NCBI GenBank assembly: GCA_011772965.1
Contig: WVYN01000021.1
Location: 23,243 to 87,242, forward strand
Origin: Gammaproteobacteria bacterium
Lineage (GTDB): Bacteria > Pseudomonadota > Gammaproteobacteria > Eutrophobiales > Eutrophobiaceae
Reading direction: 5' to 3'
DNA: 64,000 nt
This document shows positions 33,693-43,656 of the stretch, in pieces. Within the stretch, counting starts at the first letter, position 1. Each line of letters begins with the position of its first letter. The notes under the pieces were generated by a model that saw only the letters and a program-made list of their open reading frames with translations, searched no databases and was not told the origin of the DNA. The position numbers were made by a program, and so were the translations under genes.

Positions 33693-34199
33693 GTGAAACA
33701 GAGAGAGCACATATCCATTCAGGTAAATCAAAGGCAAACTGGATTCAGCACAATGGAAATGGTATTGACGGTTTCCGTGGTGCTGCTTATGTTTTCCCTA
33801 GTCATTCCTGCCGCCCGCGAAATAGTTAATAAAACCCGTTCTGATAATGTTGTTGTCGATCTTGAGAAAATCCAGAGTGATATAAATGATTTTATAACTA
33901 TCAACCGGCGCCTGCCTGATTCATTGGCAGAGATTTATGCTGATATTCCAAGAGATCCCTGGGGTAATAAATTTAAATATCTGAATATTGCTGATAGTGA
34001 TGAGTCAATAAAATTCAAGGTACGCAAATACAAATTTATTAAGAACCTGAATTCTGATTATGATCTATTCAGCGTAGGGATCGATGGCGAGAGTGTTCAG
34101 CCTCTTATAGGAAAATCAAGTCGTGATGATATAGTCAGGGCAAAAAACGGTTTATTTATTGGTCCTGCGGAAGAGCTGATAAAATCAATAAATGAATAA
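33693..34199 (+). CDS. Prepilin-type N-terminal cleavage/methylation protein (GspG-like pseudopilin)
   Basis: G|FSTMEM class III signal (Glu+5) followed by a hydrophobic helix; DPWGN and YDLFSVGIDG motifs. Start uncertain. Confidence 0.75.
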   Translation: MKQREHISIQVNQRQTGFSTMEMVLTVSVVLLMFSLVIPAAREIVNKTRSDNVVVDLEKIQSDINDFITINRRLPDSLAEIYADIPRDPWGNKFKYLNIADSDESIKFKVRKYKFIKNLNSDYDLFSVGIDGESVQPLIGKSSRDDIVRAKNGLFIGPAEELIKSINE

Positions 34200-34213
34200 T
34201 AACCTGGAGAAAG

Positions 34214-34507
34214 TTAATATCCGGTAAAAGCATTTTTATTTACATAAACATAACCCGCAACACCAATACTGGATAATCGGTTGTCAAAACGGGTATAGGA
34301 AATCAATCCCAGATCATGATAATCAGGTGGTGTGATAGTAAATACTCCTCGCGCGAGAACACCACCCAGAGCATTATCGTATTCCAACTTGTTAACTATC
34401 TTGTTAATATGAGCCTCTTTTACCGGGTTAGTCACTGATAAAAGTATGGCAGCAACCAAAATAATAATGATGACCAGTGCCATCGATTTGCCATCTTGAA
34501 ATTTCAT
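34214..34507 (-). CDS. Small membrane-anchored hypothetical protein (DUF4359-like)
   Basis: N-terminal TM helix followed by TNP; C-terminal SIGVAGYVY. Confidence 0.55.
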   Translation of the reverse strand: MKFQDGKSMALVIIIILVAAILLSVTNPVKEAHINKIVNKLEYDNALGGVLARGVFTITPPDYHDLGLISYTRFDNRLSSIGVAGYVYVNKNAFTGY

Positions 34508-34523
34508 ACCATTCTCCGAAATA

Positions 34524-36275
34524 TTAAAACTCTTGCTCAGCATAATTTTTTGGCAAACCAGGCGTTTTGTAAGGCACAATAACTGAAATTTGACCCTCAA
34601 GGTGTTTGGCCTTGATATTACGCCAGTAATTGGCTGTTAATAAATCTCCGTGAACCTTCAGGAATAGTGTGCGCAGTTCATTGTCCATGGCGAGAAACTT
34701 GATAAATTCCTGGGGGAAAATGTCATTTTCATTTACATGGTACCAAGTATCCGATCGCATCTCATCGATGATATTATCGGCCTCCGGAATATCCCTGAAA
34801 TTACAATCCGTGATGAGGCTGACCTCATCATAATCATAGAAGATGATCCGGCCGTGCCTAGTTACACCAAAGTTTTTCAATAGAAGGTCTCCAGGAAAAA
34901 TATTGGTCTGGGCAAGATCCTTAATAGCCTGCCCATAATCCAGAATGGCAAGCTTCGCCGCTTCCCTTGTCGATTGCCTGATATACAGATTGAGGGGTTT
35001 GACCCGGCGCTCTATGTAAACATGTTCGAACAAGAGATTGTCATCAGCGATTTTCACCGTATTGGATGCCTCTTCCAGAAGTTCTTGTTTTAGTTCTCCT
35101 GAAAAGCGGTTAATCGGAAATTCAAGATTCTGAAATTCCTGAGTATCAATCAGACGACCGGCACGGTCATGTTTTGAGACCAGTTTGTATTTCTCAATAA
35201 CCTCACCCGGTGTGATGGTTTTGGGGAATGCGAATTTGTTTCGTATCACCTTGAAGACAAGGTCATATGATGGCAGTGTAAATACGATCATTACCAGTCC
35301 CCTGTCACCCTCGGTATGGACGAACTTGTCGTTGGTATTTTGCATATGTTTGCTGAAGATTCGGTAACGTTCTGTCTTCCCCTGGCGCAATCTTCCCAAT
35401 ACAGTATAGAGTTCATCGAGTGGTTTTCTTGGCAGGATGGAATGAATGAAATGAACTGTACCCACAACAGAATTGGGATCTGCAAAATAATATGAACGTG
35501 TGTAGCTGAACACGAGGCTAACCTCTTCTTCGGAAAGAAATACAGCATCTACATCGATGCCATAATCTGTGTTCTTGAATGCTATCACGATGGGGGATAT
35601 TCCTTTGTGCATAATTATACGTCCGATCATATAGGCCCGGGCGGCTTGGTAGAAAAATGTATCTATAAATTCAAACCGAAGGCAATCTTGTTCATCATGT
35701 TCTGGTTCATTGGCAATGAATTTTTCAATTTCACTGGATATATAGACTGAATTTCGTGTTATATCCGAATAGGGTACTCTGAATGAGAAATCCTCAAATA
35801 TGGTTTCGAATATCTTTTCAAGAGAACCCCAATAAGGATAACGACGCAAATTTAGTGACTTCGTCATCTCGATATCTTCCTCCAGACTGGACTCAACAAA
35901 TTCCAGGTTGGAGTCTACCCCGACAGTATCAAAGATACGTCGTGTTACCGAATTGAAGAAAGTCTTGATAAAACCGGCATCCGGTACTTTTTTCAGCCTT
36001 GCTCCAAAATACGAGCGAATCAGGTTCCAGAACTGGTGATCATATGTTCTGTTTCCCTGCGTTTTTTGCAGCAAAAGGACAACTCGTCTGACAGATTTTT
36101 CATAGAGATTAATGCGTTCAACAATATCATCCTGGTGTCCTTGCCAGTCTCTCTTTTCAAAGCGGGTTCGGGCGCGGCGGGTGATTTTATGGAATGCGCT
36201 GTTATAACGGACGAAGCCGTCGTAAATGATCTGCGAGCTTTCGGCAATAAGTTCCCTGTCTCGCGATTTTGCCAT
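34524..36275 (-). CDS. aceK: Isocitrate dehydrogenase kinase/phosphatase
   Basis: GLVMIVFTLPSYDLVFKVIR, HDRAGRLIDTQEF, NIFPGDLLLKNFGVTRHGRIIFYDYDE. Confidence 0.96.
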   Translation of the reverse strand: MAKSRDRELIAESSQIIYDGFVRYNSAFHKITRRARTRFEKRDWQGHQDDIVERINLYEKSVRRVVLLLQKTQGNRTYDHQFWNLIRSYFGARLKKVPDAGFIKTFFNSVTRRIFDTVGVDSNLEFVESSLEEDIEMTKSLNLRRYPYWGSLEKIFETIFEDFSFRVPYSDITRNSVYISSEIEKFIANEPEHDEQDCLRFEFIDTFFYQAARAYMIGRIIMHKGISPIVIAFKNTDYGIDVDAVFLSEEEVSLVFSYTRSYYFADPNSVVGTVHFIHSILPRKPLDELYTVLGRLRQGKTERYRIFSKHMQNTNDKFVHTEGDRGLVMIVFTLPSYDLVFKVIRNKFAFPKTITPGEVIEKYKLVSKHDRAGRLIDTQEFQNLEFPINRFSGELKQELLEEASNTVKIADDNLLFEHVYIERRVKPLNLYIRQSTREAAKLAILDYGQAIKDLAQTNIFPGDLLLKNFGVTRHGRIIFYDYDEVSLITDCNFRDIPEADNIIDEMRSDTWYHVNENDIFPQEFIKFLAMDNELRTLFLKVHGDLLTANYWRNIKAKHLEGQISVIVPYKTPGLPKNYAEQEF

Positions 36276-36289
36276 GGTTATGTTTTGCT

Positions 36290-37585
36290 TTAGAGACTGG
36301 CGATCAAGGCATCACCGAACTCACTGCATTTAACCTCTTTGGCACCCTCCATCAGACGGGCAAAATCATAGGTTACGACTTTATTTGCAATGGTTTTATC
36401 CATCGAGGCAATGATCAGATCCGCCGCTTCTGTCCATCCAAGATAACGCAACATCATCTCACCTGAGAGCAGAACAGAACCCGGATTGACCTTATCCAGA
36501 CCCGCATATTTCGGTGCAGTGCCATGAGTGGCCTCAAATATGGCATGGCCGGTGTCATAATTAATATTACCCCCCGGGGCTATGCCAATCCCGCCAACCT
36601 GGGCCGCCAGTGCATCTGAGAGATAATCACCGTTGAGATTCATGGTCGCAATCACATCGAATTCCGTGGGACGGGTCAGGACTTGCTGCAGGGTAATGTC
36701 GGCAATCGAGTCCCTGATTAATATTTTACCGGTCTGTAGAGCCGCTTCTTGTTCCTTATTGGCCACTTCCATGCCTTTTTCAGCCAGTGTTCTCTCCCAT
36801 TGCTCCCAGGTGTAAGTACGGTTTGCAAACTCTCTCTCTGCAAGCGCATAACCCCAGTTTCTGAAGGCACCTTCAGTGAATTTCATGATGTTGCCCTTGT
36901 GTACAAAGGTAACGCTTTTTCTCTCATTATCAATCGCATACTTAATAGCTGCCCTGACCAGTCGTTCTGTTCCTTCACGGGATACAGGTTTTATCCCAAT
37001 GCCGGATGATTCCGGAAAGCGGATCTTCTGGTAAAACGATGGAAATGACTTTTCGAATAACTCCATAAATTTCAGATTATCTTTGCTGCCATTTTCAAAT
37101 TCGATGCCAGCATAAATATCCTCGGTGTTTTCCCTAAAGATTACCATGTCAACTTTTTCCGGGTGTTTTACCGGTGATGGCACGCCTTTGAACCATCTGA
37201 CCGGCCGCAGACAGACGTAGAGATCCAGTATCTGGCGCAGGGCAACATTGAGTGAACGAATGCCGCCACCTATCGGTGTGGTCAAGGGTCCCTTTATGGC
37301 AACCAGGTATTGACGGCAGGCATTCAGGGTTTCATCTGGTAACCAGCTTCCCATCTGAGCATTGGCTTTTTCCCCTGCCAGCACTTCCAACCAGTAAATC
37401 TTGCGTTTACCGGCATAAGCCTTTTCAACCGCTGCATCGAGTACTCTGACTGAGGCCCGCCAGACATCAGGCCCAATTCCATCTCCTTCTATAAAGGGAA
37501 TGATTGGGTTATCCGGCACAGTTAGCACCCCGTTACTGATGGTTATCTTGCTGCCTTCCTTCGGTGGGTTAAATTCCTCAGCCAA
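36290..37585 (-). CDS. icd: NADP-dependent isocitrate dehydrogenase (dimeric type)
   Basis: [30 protein letters not shown] (AceK target Ser), [16 protein letters not shown] start with GAGGAG RBS. Confidence 0.97.
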   Translation of the reverse strand: MAEEFNPPKEGSKITISNGVLTVPDNPIIPFIEGDGIGPDVWRASVRVLDAAVEKAYAGKRKIYWLEVLAGEKANAQMGSWLPDETLNACRQYLVAIKGPLTTPIGGGIRSLNVALRQILDLYVCLRPVRWFKGVPSPVKHPEKVDMVIFRENTEDIYAGIEFENGSKDNLKFMELFEKSFPSFYQKIRFPESSGIGIKPVSREGTERLVRAAIKYAIDNERKSVTFVHKGNIMKFTEGAFRNWGYALAEREFANRTYTWEQWERTLAEKGMEVANKEQEAALQTGKILIRDSIADITLQQVLTRPTEFDVIATMNLNGDYLSDALAAQVGGIGIAPGGNINYDTGHAIFEATHGTAPKYAGLDKVNPGSVLLSGEMMLRYLGWTEAADLIIASMDKTIANKVVTYDFARLMEGAKEVKCSEFGDALIASL

Positions 37586-37667
37586 GGGTGATTCTCCTCA
37601 TCAATAGTAATTTATTTTTTATTCTACCATGAGCGTGCCATGGGCACTCAATTCGCACCGTGGATGG

Positions 37668-37696
37668 TTGACAGTAACTGGCTAATTCACTATCGT
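37668..37696 (+). promoter_or_regulatory. Sigma70 promoter of the metZ leader
   Basis: TTGACA-17 nt-TATCGT; the predicted TSS (~37703) coincides with the riboswitch 5' end. Confidence 0.7.
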
Positions 37697-37702
37697 TTTG
37701 CC

Positions 37703-37758
37703 AATGGCGCCGATTTGATATCAGCTTGCGGGCGCATTAAAAATACCGCTAAAGAGAG
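37703..37758 (+). ncRNA. SAM-II riboswitch aptamer
   Basis: P1 GCGCC/GGCGC enclosing GATTTG...TTGC, then an A-rich linker and GCTAAA: the SAM-II signature order. Upstream of a methionine biosynthesis gene. Confidence 0.8.
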
Positions 37759-37760
37759 TC

Positions 37761-37798
37761 AACCTGCTTTAGCCTAAGCTGAATGCGGGTTTTTATTT
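37761..37798 (+). terminator. Intrinsic terminator, expression platform of the SAM-II riboswitch
   Basis: AACCTGC-TTTAGC-ctaa-GCTGAA-t-GCGGGTT followed by TTTATTT. Confidence 0.7.
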
Positions 37799-37896
37799 GC
37801 CATTCCACGGCTTGATTTTCCTCCGCATTCACCGCTCTTGAAATGGTCGACTCCGGAATATTGCGGGAAACACAGAACCAGTAGGAGGAATAGCCA

Positions 37897-39084
37897 ATGT
37901 CCAAAATAGATCCGTCACGCTACGGGCGTAATACCCGAGCAGTGCGTGCAGGGCAGGTGAGAAGTGCCGAGGGGGAACACAGTGAACTGATCTTTGCCAG
38001 TTCCAGTTTTATCTTTGAGAACGCAGCGCAGGCTGCAGCGCGTTTCAAGGGTGAAATCCCGGGGAATATTTATTCCCGCTTTACCAATCCGACAGTCAGG
38101 ACCTTTGAAGAACGGCTGGCCGCCATGGAGGGTGGAGAGCGCTGTGTTGCCACGTCATCCGGCATGAGTGCCATATTGAGTACCTGCCTGGGCCTGCTCA
38201 GGGGCGGTGATCACATTGTCTCTTCGCGCAGCATCTTTGGAACCACGGTCAATCTCTTCAATAATATATTGTCCAAATTCGGGCTCGAGACCACATTTGT
38301 CGAATTGACAGACTATGGCGCTTGGGAAGCGGCCATCAAGCCGGAGACCAAACTGTTGTTTCTGGAGACTCCTTCCAACCCGTTGACTGCGGTGGCCGAT
38401 ATCCAACGCCTGGCCGATCTGGCCCATGCCCATGGTTGCCAGCTGGTAGTCGATAATTGTTTTTGCACACCGGTATTGCAACTACCGTTCGAATTGGGTG
38501 CCGATATCGTGATTCACTCGGCGACGAAATATCTGGATGGTCAGGGCCGCTGCGTTGGTGGTGCAGTGATTGGCGGTGAAAAACGGCTGGAAGATGTCTT
38601 CGGTTTTCTACGAACAGCCGGCCCAACCATGAGCCCGTTTAATGCCTGGGTGTTTCTAAAGGGTCTGGAAACTCTGGCCGTGCGCATGCGCGCCCATTGC
38701 GTGAACGCCATGAAGATCGCCGACTGGTTGCAACATCAGCCCAAGGTGGAAACAGTGTATTACCCCGGTTTGAAATCACACCCCCAACATGAACTTGCCG
38801 GGCGCCAGCAGAGTGGCTATGGCGGCATAGTCAGTTTTGTCGTAAAGGGGGGCCAGGCCAATGCCTGGAAACTAATTGATGCCACCCGCCTTTATTCCAT
38901 CACGGCCAATCTGGGTGATACCAAGAGCACCATTACCCATCCCGCAACGACCACACATCACCGCCTGAGTGACGAACAACGGGCAGATGCCGGGATAACA
39001 GATGGCTTGATACGCATCTCTGCCGGCCTGGAAAATACCGAGGATTTGCTGAACGATCTGGCGATCGGACTGTCTGCCGCGTAA
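37897..39084 (+). CDS. metZ: O-succinylhomoserine sulfhydrylase
   Basis: YSRFTNPTV, SGMSAI, HSATKYLDGQGRC (PLP Lys), NLGDTKSTITHPATTTH; AGGAGG RBS. Confidence 0.95.
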   Translation: MSKIDPSRYGRNTRAVRAGQVRSAEGEHSELIFASSSFIFENAAQAAARFKGEIPGNIYSRFTNPTVRTFEERLAAMEGGERCVATSSGMSAILSTCLGLLRGGDHIVSSRSIFGTTVNLFNNILSKFGLETTFVELTDYGAWEAAIKPETKLLFLETPSNPLTAVADIQRLADLAHAHGCQLVVDNCFCTPVLQLPFELGADIVIHSATKYLDGQGRCVGGAVIGGEKRLEDVFGFLRTAGPTMSPFNAWVFLKGLETLAVRMRAHCVNAMKIADWLQHQPKVETVYYPGLKSHPQHELAGRQQSGYGGIVSFVVKGGQANAWKLIDATRLYSITANLGDTKSTITHPATTTHHRLSDEQRADAGITDGLIRISAGLENTEDLLNDLAIGLSAA

Positions 39085-39199
39085 TGCATCGCAAGAGTGT
39101 CATCCCGCCTGAATTCTGATATTTTGTCAGCTAGGGCAGGTCATCAGTTTGCCCGCCATTTCAGGGATAAATATAGATTACTCTAGTGGTCGGCTAGGG

Positions 39200-39230
39200 T
39201 ATTGTGCATTGCACAATAATTCTGTATCCT
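39200..39230 (+). promoter_or_regulatory. Palindromic operator overlapping a putative promoter of the serine-cycle operon
   Basis: TATTGTGCA-t-TGCACAATA (9-bp arms, 39200-39218) overlapping TTGTGC-17 nt-TATCCT. Confidence 0.55.
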
Positions 39231-39388
39231 TGCGCGCTTTATTATAAAAACAACAGTGTGAACTGCAGGAAGGGGAGCCACAGTGCACTGAAATAAGTTC
39301 CAGGCATTTCTAGCTGTACGCCTGTTTTAAAAAAATTTTATCCCCTTTTTAATCTTAAACCACATGAATCTGGACTGGAGGAGTCTGC

Positions 39389-40573
39389 ATGCCTGGACGT
39401 AATTTTTTGTTTATCCCTGGCCCGACCAATGTTCCGCGCCGTATTCAGAACGCGATGAATATTGAGCAGGAGGACATGCGCGCCATGGATCTGCCTGCAT
39501 TTACCAAACCACTTTATGAAGACATGAAAAAGATCTTTAAGACCAAGACCGGTCGTGTCTTCATATTCCCGGCTTCCGGTACCGGTGGCTGGGAATCTGC
39601 CGTAGCGAATACCCTGAGCCCGGGTGACAAGGTCCTCATGTCCGGTTTCGGTCACTTCTCCAATCTTTGGATTGACCTCTGCCAGCGCTGGGGGCTGGAT
39701 GTCCAGGCTCTGGAAGTGGAGTGGGGTGAAGGTGTCCCGGTCGAGCAGTATGCCGAGATACTCAAGGCCGATAAGAACAAGGAAATCAAAGCCGTATTTG
39801 CCACCCAGAACGAGACCTCGACCGGCGTAACCTCTGATATTGCCGGCGTTCGCAAGGCCCTCGACGCAGCTGATCACCCGGCTCTGCTGTTTATAGACGG
39901 CGTATCCTCGGTCGCCAGCATCGATTTCCGCATGGACGAGTGGGGTGTCGACCTCTGCGTCAGTGGTTCACAAAAAGGTCTTATGCTGCCAACTGGTCTT
40001 GGTATTGTCTGTGCCAGTGAAAAGGCCCTTGAAGCCAGTAAGGATTCGAAATTACCCAAGACTTTTTTTGCCTGGGAAGACCAGATCAAGACTAATGATC
40101 TCGGCTTTTTCCCCTACACCCCGCCAATGAATCTGTTGCGTGGTTTACGAGTCGCTCTGGACATGCTGCTTGAAGAGGGACTGGAAAATGTATTTACCCG
40201 TCATAATCGTATGGCTAACGCCGTCCGGGCGGCGGTTGCGGCTTGGGGTATGGAGCCCATTGCCAAAGATGAAAAGTGGTACTCCGATACAGTGACGGCC
40301 GTAAAGGTACCTGAAGGATTCGATGGTAATGAGGTTGTCCGTCACGCCTATAAACACTACAACCTGGCCTTGTCCATCAGTCTTGCAAAGATAGCCGGGC
40401 AAGCATTTCGCATCGGTCACCTGGGAGATTTGAATGAGTTAATGATACTTACACCCATTAACGGTGCAGAAATGGCAATGAAAGATCTGGGCTATCCGAT
40501 TGAACTGGGCAGCGGTGTCGCTGCTGCACAGGAATATCTGCGAAACACCAAGACAGTCGAACTGGCTAATTAG
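39389..40573 (+). CDS. sga: Serine--glyoxylate aminotransferase
   Basis: MPGRNFLFIPGPTNVP, SGTGGWE, NETSTGVTSD, DFRMDEWGVD, SGSQKG, FRIGHLGDLNE; serine-cycle context. Confidence 0.9.
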   Translation: MPGRNFLFIPGPTNVPRRIQNAMNIEQEDMRAMDLPAFTKPLYEDMKKIFKTKTGRVFIFPASGTGGWESAVANTLSPGDKVLMSGFGHFSNLWIDLCQRWGLDVQALEVEWGEGVPVEQYAEILKADKNKEIKAVFATQNETSTGVTSDIAGVRKALDAADHPALLFIDGVSSVASIDFRMDEWGVDLCVSGSQKGLMLPTGLGIVCASEKALEASKDSKLPKTFFAWEDQIKTNDLGFFPYTPPMNLLRGLRVALDMLLEEGLENVFTRHNRMANAVRAAVAAWGMEPIAKDEKWYSDTVTAVKVPEGFDGNEVVRHAYKHYNLALSISLAKIAGQAFRIGHLGDLNELMILTPINGAEMAMKDLGYPIELGSGVAAAQEYLRNTKTVELAN

Positions 40574-40582
40574 GAGGATTCT

Positions 40583-41536
40583 ATGAGTTTTACTACCTAT
40601 CAACAGGCCACGCCTCGCATTCAACGCAGTGAGCTGGCTGTTCCGGGTTCCAATCCCGGTATGTTTGAAAAAGCGGCCAAGACAGAGGCTGATTATGTTT
40701 TCCTCGATTGTGAAGATGCTGTTATTCCTGACGATAAACCTCAGGCCCGCAAGAACATTATCGAGGCCCTGAATGATATCGACTGGGGTGACAAGACCAT
40801 GTCTGTACGCATCAATGGCCTGGATACTCATTATATGTACCGTGATGTGGTCGATATTCTGGAACAGGCCGGCAATAACCTGGACACCATCCTGATACCG
40901 AAGGTGGGAACTGCAGAAGATGTGTATGCCGTCGACATGCTGGTGACCCAGATTGAAACCGCCATGGGTCTGAAGAAAAAGATCGGACTGGAATGTCTCA
41001 TCGAAACAGCGCTTGGCGGTGTCAATGTGTTCAGCATTGCCAAGGCCAGTCCCAGACTCGAGGCCTTGCATTTTGGTGTGGCTGACTACGCCGCCAGCAT
41101 GCGTTCCCGGACCTCGGTGATTGGTGGTCTCGTCGAGGAATATAATTGTGAAGGCGCCATCAATGACCAGTGGCATTATGCCCAGAGCCAGATGATTCAT
41201 GCCTGTCGTGCATTTGGTCTTCGTGCCATCGACGGGCCGTTTGGAGATTTCAGTGATCCCGAGGCATTCAAGGCAGCCGCCCGGCGTGTTGCGGTACTGG
41301 GTTATGAAGGTAAGTGGGCCATCCACCCGTCACAGATCCCGCTGGCAAATGAAATCATGTCACCACCGGAAGCCGAAGTTACCCGTGCCCGCCGGGTGCT
41401 TGAAGCACTGGAGGAGGCGGCCAAGCAGGGCAAGGGTGCGGCCCAGTTGGATGGCAAGATGATCGACATTGCCTCTGAGCGCATGGCAAAAAATATTGTG
41501 CAGCAAGCCGATGCTATTGCTGCAAAGTCGAAATAA
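40583..41536 (+). CDS. mcl: Malyl-CoA lyase
   Basis: RSELAVPGSNP, RINGLDTHYMYRDVVD, LHFGVADYAAS, DQWHYA, IDGPFGDFSD, EGKWAIHPSQ. Confidence 0.9.
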   Translation: MSFTTYQQATPRIQRSELAVPGSNPGMFEKAAKTEADYVFLDCEDAVIPDDKPQARKNIIEALNDIDWGDKTMSVRINGLDTHYMYRDVVDILEQAGNNLDTILIPKVGTAEDVYAVDMLVTQIETAMGLKKKIGLECLIETALGGVNVFSIAKASPRLEALHFGVADYAASMRSRTSVIGGLVEEYNCEGAINDQWHYAQSQMIHACRAFGLRAIDGPFGDFSDPEAFKAAARRVAVLGYEGKWAIHPSQIPLANEIMSPPEAEVTRARRVLEALEEAAKQGKGAAQLDGKMIDIASERMAKNIVQQADAIAAKSK

Positions 41537-41567
41537 TAACCAGGCTGGTCGAGAGGAGGATTAAGTC

Positions 41568-42743
41568 GTGGATATTCATGAATACCAAGCTAAAGAAATC
41601 TTATCTAAATACGGTGTGCCCATAGCTGCCGGTGGGCTGGCCTATAGCCCCGAACAGGCGGTCTATCGCACAAGCGAGATTGGTGGTGAAGTCTGGGTGG
41701 TCAAGGCCCAGATTCACTCCGGTGCCCGAGGCAAGGCCGGCGGCATCAAGGTCTGCAAGACTGAGAATGAAGTTTATGAGGCGGCCAACGACTTGCTCGG
41801 CAAAAAACTGGTGACCCATCAGACCGGTGAGCAGGGCAAGATATGTAATCGCCTATATATCGAGGCCGGCTGCAACATCGATCGTGAGATCTACCTGGCG
41901 TTTGTGCTGGACCGTGCCAAGGAGCAGGTCACTGTGGTCTCATCCGCCGAGGGTGGTATGGAAATTGAGGTTCTCGCGGTCAAGAAACCGGAATCGATCA
42001 TCAAGATCCCAGTTGAACCAGCGGTTGGAATGCAAGCCTTCCAGGCGCGTGAACTGGCATTTGCCCTCAATCTCGACAAGACCCAAATTAACCAGGCGGT
42101 CACCACATTTCTAGGATGCTACCGGGCGATGCGTGATCTCGATGCTAACATGGTCGAAATCAATCCTCTGGTTGTGACCAAGGAAGGTCAGCTACTCGCC
42201 GTTGATGCCAAGATGGGCTTTGATGACAATGCCCTGTTTCGTCACCCCAACATCGCCGAATTGCGCGACAAGTCCCAGGAAGATCCGAGGGAAATGCGGG
42301 CGGCCGACCGGGGCCTGAGCTATGTGGGCCTGGACGGTAATATCGGTTGCATTATCAATGGTGCGGGACTGGCGATGGCAACTATGGACATGATCAAGCA
42401 TGCTGGCGGTGAACCGGCCAACTTCCTGGACATTGGTGGTGGTGCCTCGGCAGAACGTACCGCCAAGGCCTTTAACCTGGTCTTGTCCGATTCCAACGTC
42501 GAAACCATCTTGGTCAACATCTTCGCCGGTATCAACCGCTGTGACTGGATTGCTGAAGGTGTGGTCCAGGCGGTTAAATCCATTGACTTGAAAGTCCCGC
42601 TGATCGTCCGCTTATCCGGTACCAATGTCGAGCAGGGCCGCAAGATCCTGGAAGACAGTGGGCTCCCGCTCATTATGGCAGAAACCCTGAAAGAGGCGGC
42701 CGACAAAGCTGTGGCAGCCTGGAAAGAAGCGACTGGTAAATAG
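41568..42743 (+). CDS. mtkA: Malate--CoA ligase (malate thiokinase) beta subunit
   Basis: [49 protein letters not shown] (MtkA-like rather than SucC-like GGI-RCD). Confidence 0.87.
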   Translation: MDIHEYQAKEILSKYGVPIAAGGLAYSPEQAVYRTSEIGGEVWVVKAQIHSGARGKAGGIKVCKTENEVYEAANDLLGKKLVTHQTGEQGKICNRLYIEAGCNIDREIYLAFVLDRAKEQVTVVSSAEGGMEIEVLAVKKPESIIKIPVEPAVGMQAFQARELAFALNLDKTQINQAVTTFLGCYRAMRDLDANMVEINPLVVTKEGQLLAVDAKMGFDDNALFRHPNIAELRDKSQEDPREMRAADRGLSYVGLDGNIGCIINGAGLAMATMDMIKHAGGEPANFLDIGGGASAERTAKAFNLVLSDSNVETILVNIFAGINRCDWIAEGVVQAVKSIDLKVPLIVRLSGTNVEQGRKILEDSGLPLIMAETLKEAADKAVAAWKEATGK

Positions 42744-42754
42744 GAGAAAGAACA

Positions 42755-43645
42755 ATGGCTATTATGCTCGATGAAAATTCAAAGGTTATTGTCCAGGGTT
42801 TTACCGGTCATATTGGTACTTTCCATGCGACCGAGATGATTGAGTATGGCACCAACATTGTTGGTGGCGTCACCCCGGGCAAGGGCGGTACCAAGCACCT
42901 CGACCGGCCGGTATTTAACACCATGAAAGAAGCCGTCGCCGCAACCGGCGCCAATGCAAGCATCGTGTTTATCCCACCCCCGTTTGCCGCAGACGGCATC
43001 ATGGAAGCGGCTGATTCCGGGATTAAATTTTGTGTTGCCATCACAGACGGTATTCCGGCCCAGGACATGATCCGGGTCAAACGTTACATGCGCCGTTACC
43101 GGGCTGACGCCAAGATGGTTCTCACAGGGCCAAACTGTGCTGGCTCCATCAGCCCGGGCAAGTGCATGATGGGTATCATGCCGGGACATATCTATATGCC
43201 CGGTCCCATCGGAATAGTTGGGCGCTCCGGTACCCTGGGTTATGAGGCGGCCTCACAGATGAAAAAACTGGGCATCGGTGTCTCCACCAGTATTGGTATC
43301 GGCGGTGATCCTATTAACGGCAGTTCATTCCGTGATCATCTGGAGCATTTTGAGAATGATCCTGAAACCAAGGCCGTAGTCATGATTGGCGAGATTGGTG
43401 GTCCCCAGGAAGCCGATGCAGCACGCTGGGCCAAGGAGAATATGAAAAAGCCGCTGATAGGCTATGTCGCCGGACTGACGGCACCTAAGGGACGTCGCAT
43501 GGGTCACGCCGGCGCGATCATATCCGCTACCGGTGAGAGTGCTGCCGAGAAGGTGGAGATACTTCAGGAGTGTGGCGTTCATGTCGTTCCAAATCCGTCA
43601 TCCTTCGGCGAAGTTGTCGCTAAGATACTGGAAAAGGATAGCTGA
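42755..43645 (+). CDS. mtkB: Malate--CoA ligase alpha subunit
   Basis: GVTPGKGG, TDGIPAQDMIRVKRYM, GIMPGHIY, GRRMGHAGAI (phospho-His). Confidence 0.87.
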   Translation: MAIMLDENSKVIVQGFTGHIGTFHATEMIEYGTNIVGGVTPGKGGTKHLDRPVFNTMKEAVAATGANASIVFIPPPFAADGIMEAADSGIKFCVAITDGIPAQDMIRVKRYMRRYRADAKMVLTGPNCAGSISPGKCMMGIMPGHIYMPGPIGIVGRSGTLGYEAASQMKKLGIGVSTSIGIGGDPINGSSFRDHLEHFENDPETKAVVMIGEIGGPQEADAARWAKENMKKPLIGYVAGLTAPKGRRMGHAGAIISATGESAAEKVEILQECGVHVVPNPSSFGEVVAKILEKDS

Positions 43646-43656
43646 GGAGGGAGAGC

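Noticed and set aside
37800-37896. Second aptamer (tandem SAM-II/SAM-V) between the terminator and metZ
   Set aside because: No ATTTG...TTG...CTAAA signature adjacent to the RBS.
40583-41536. Citrate lyase beta subunit (CitE)
   Set aside because: RSELAVPGS, THYMYRD and DGPFGDF motifs plus context indicate malyl-CoA lyase; no citD/citF present.
41568-43645. Succinyl-CoA synthetase sucCD
   Set aside because: Sequence signatures ([22 protein letters not shown]) and position between mcl and ppc favour malate thiokinase.
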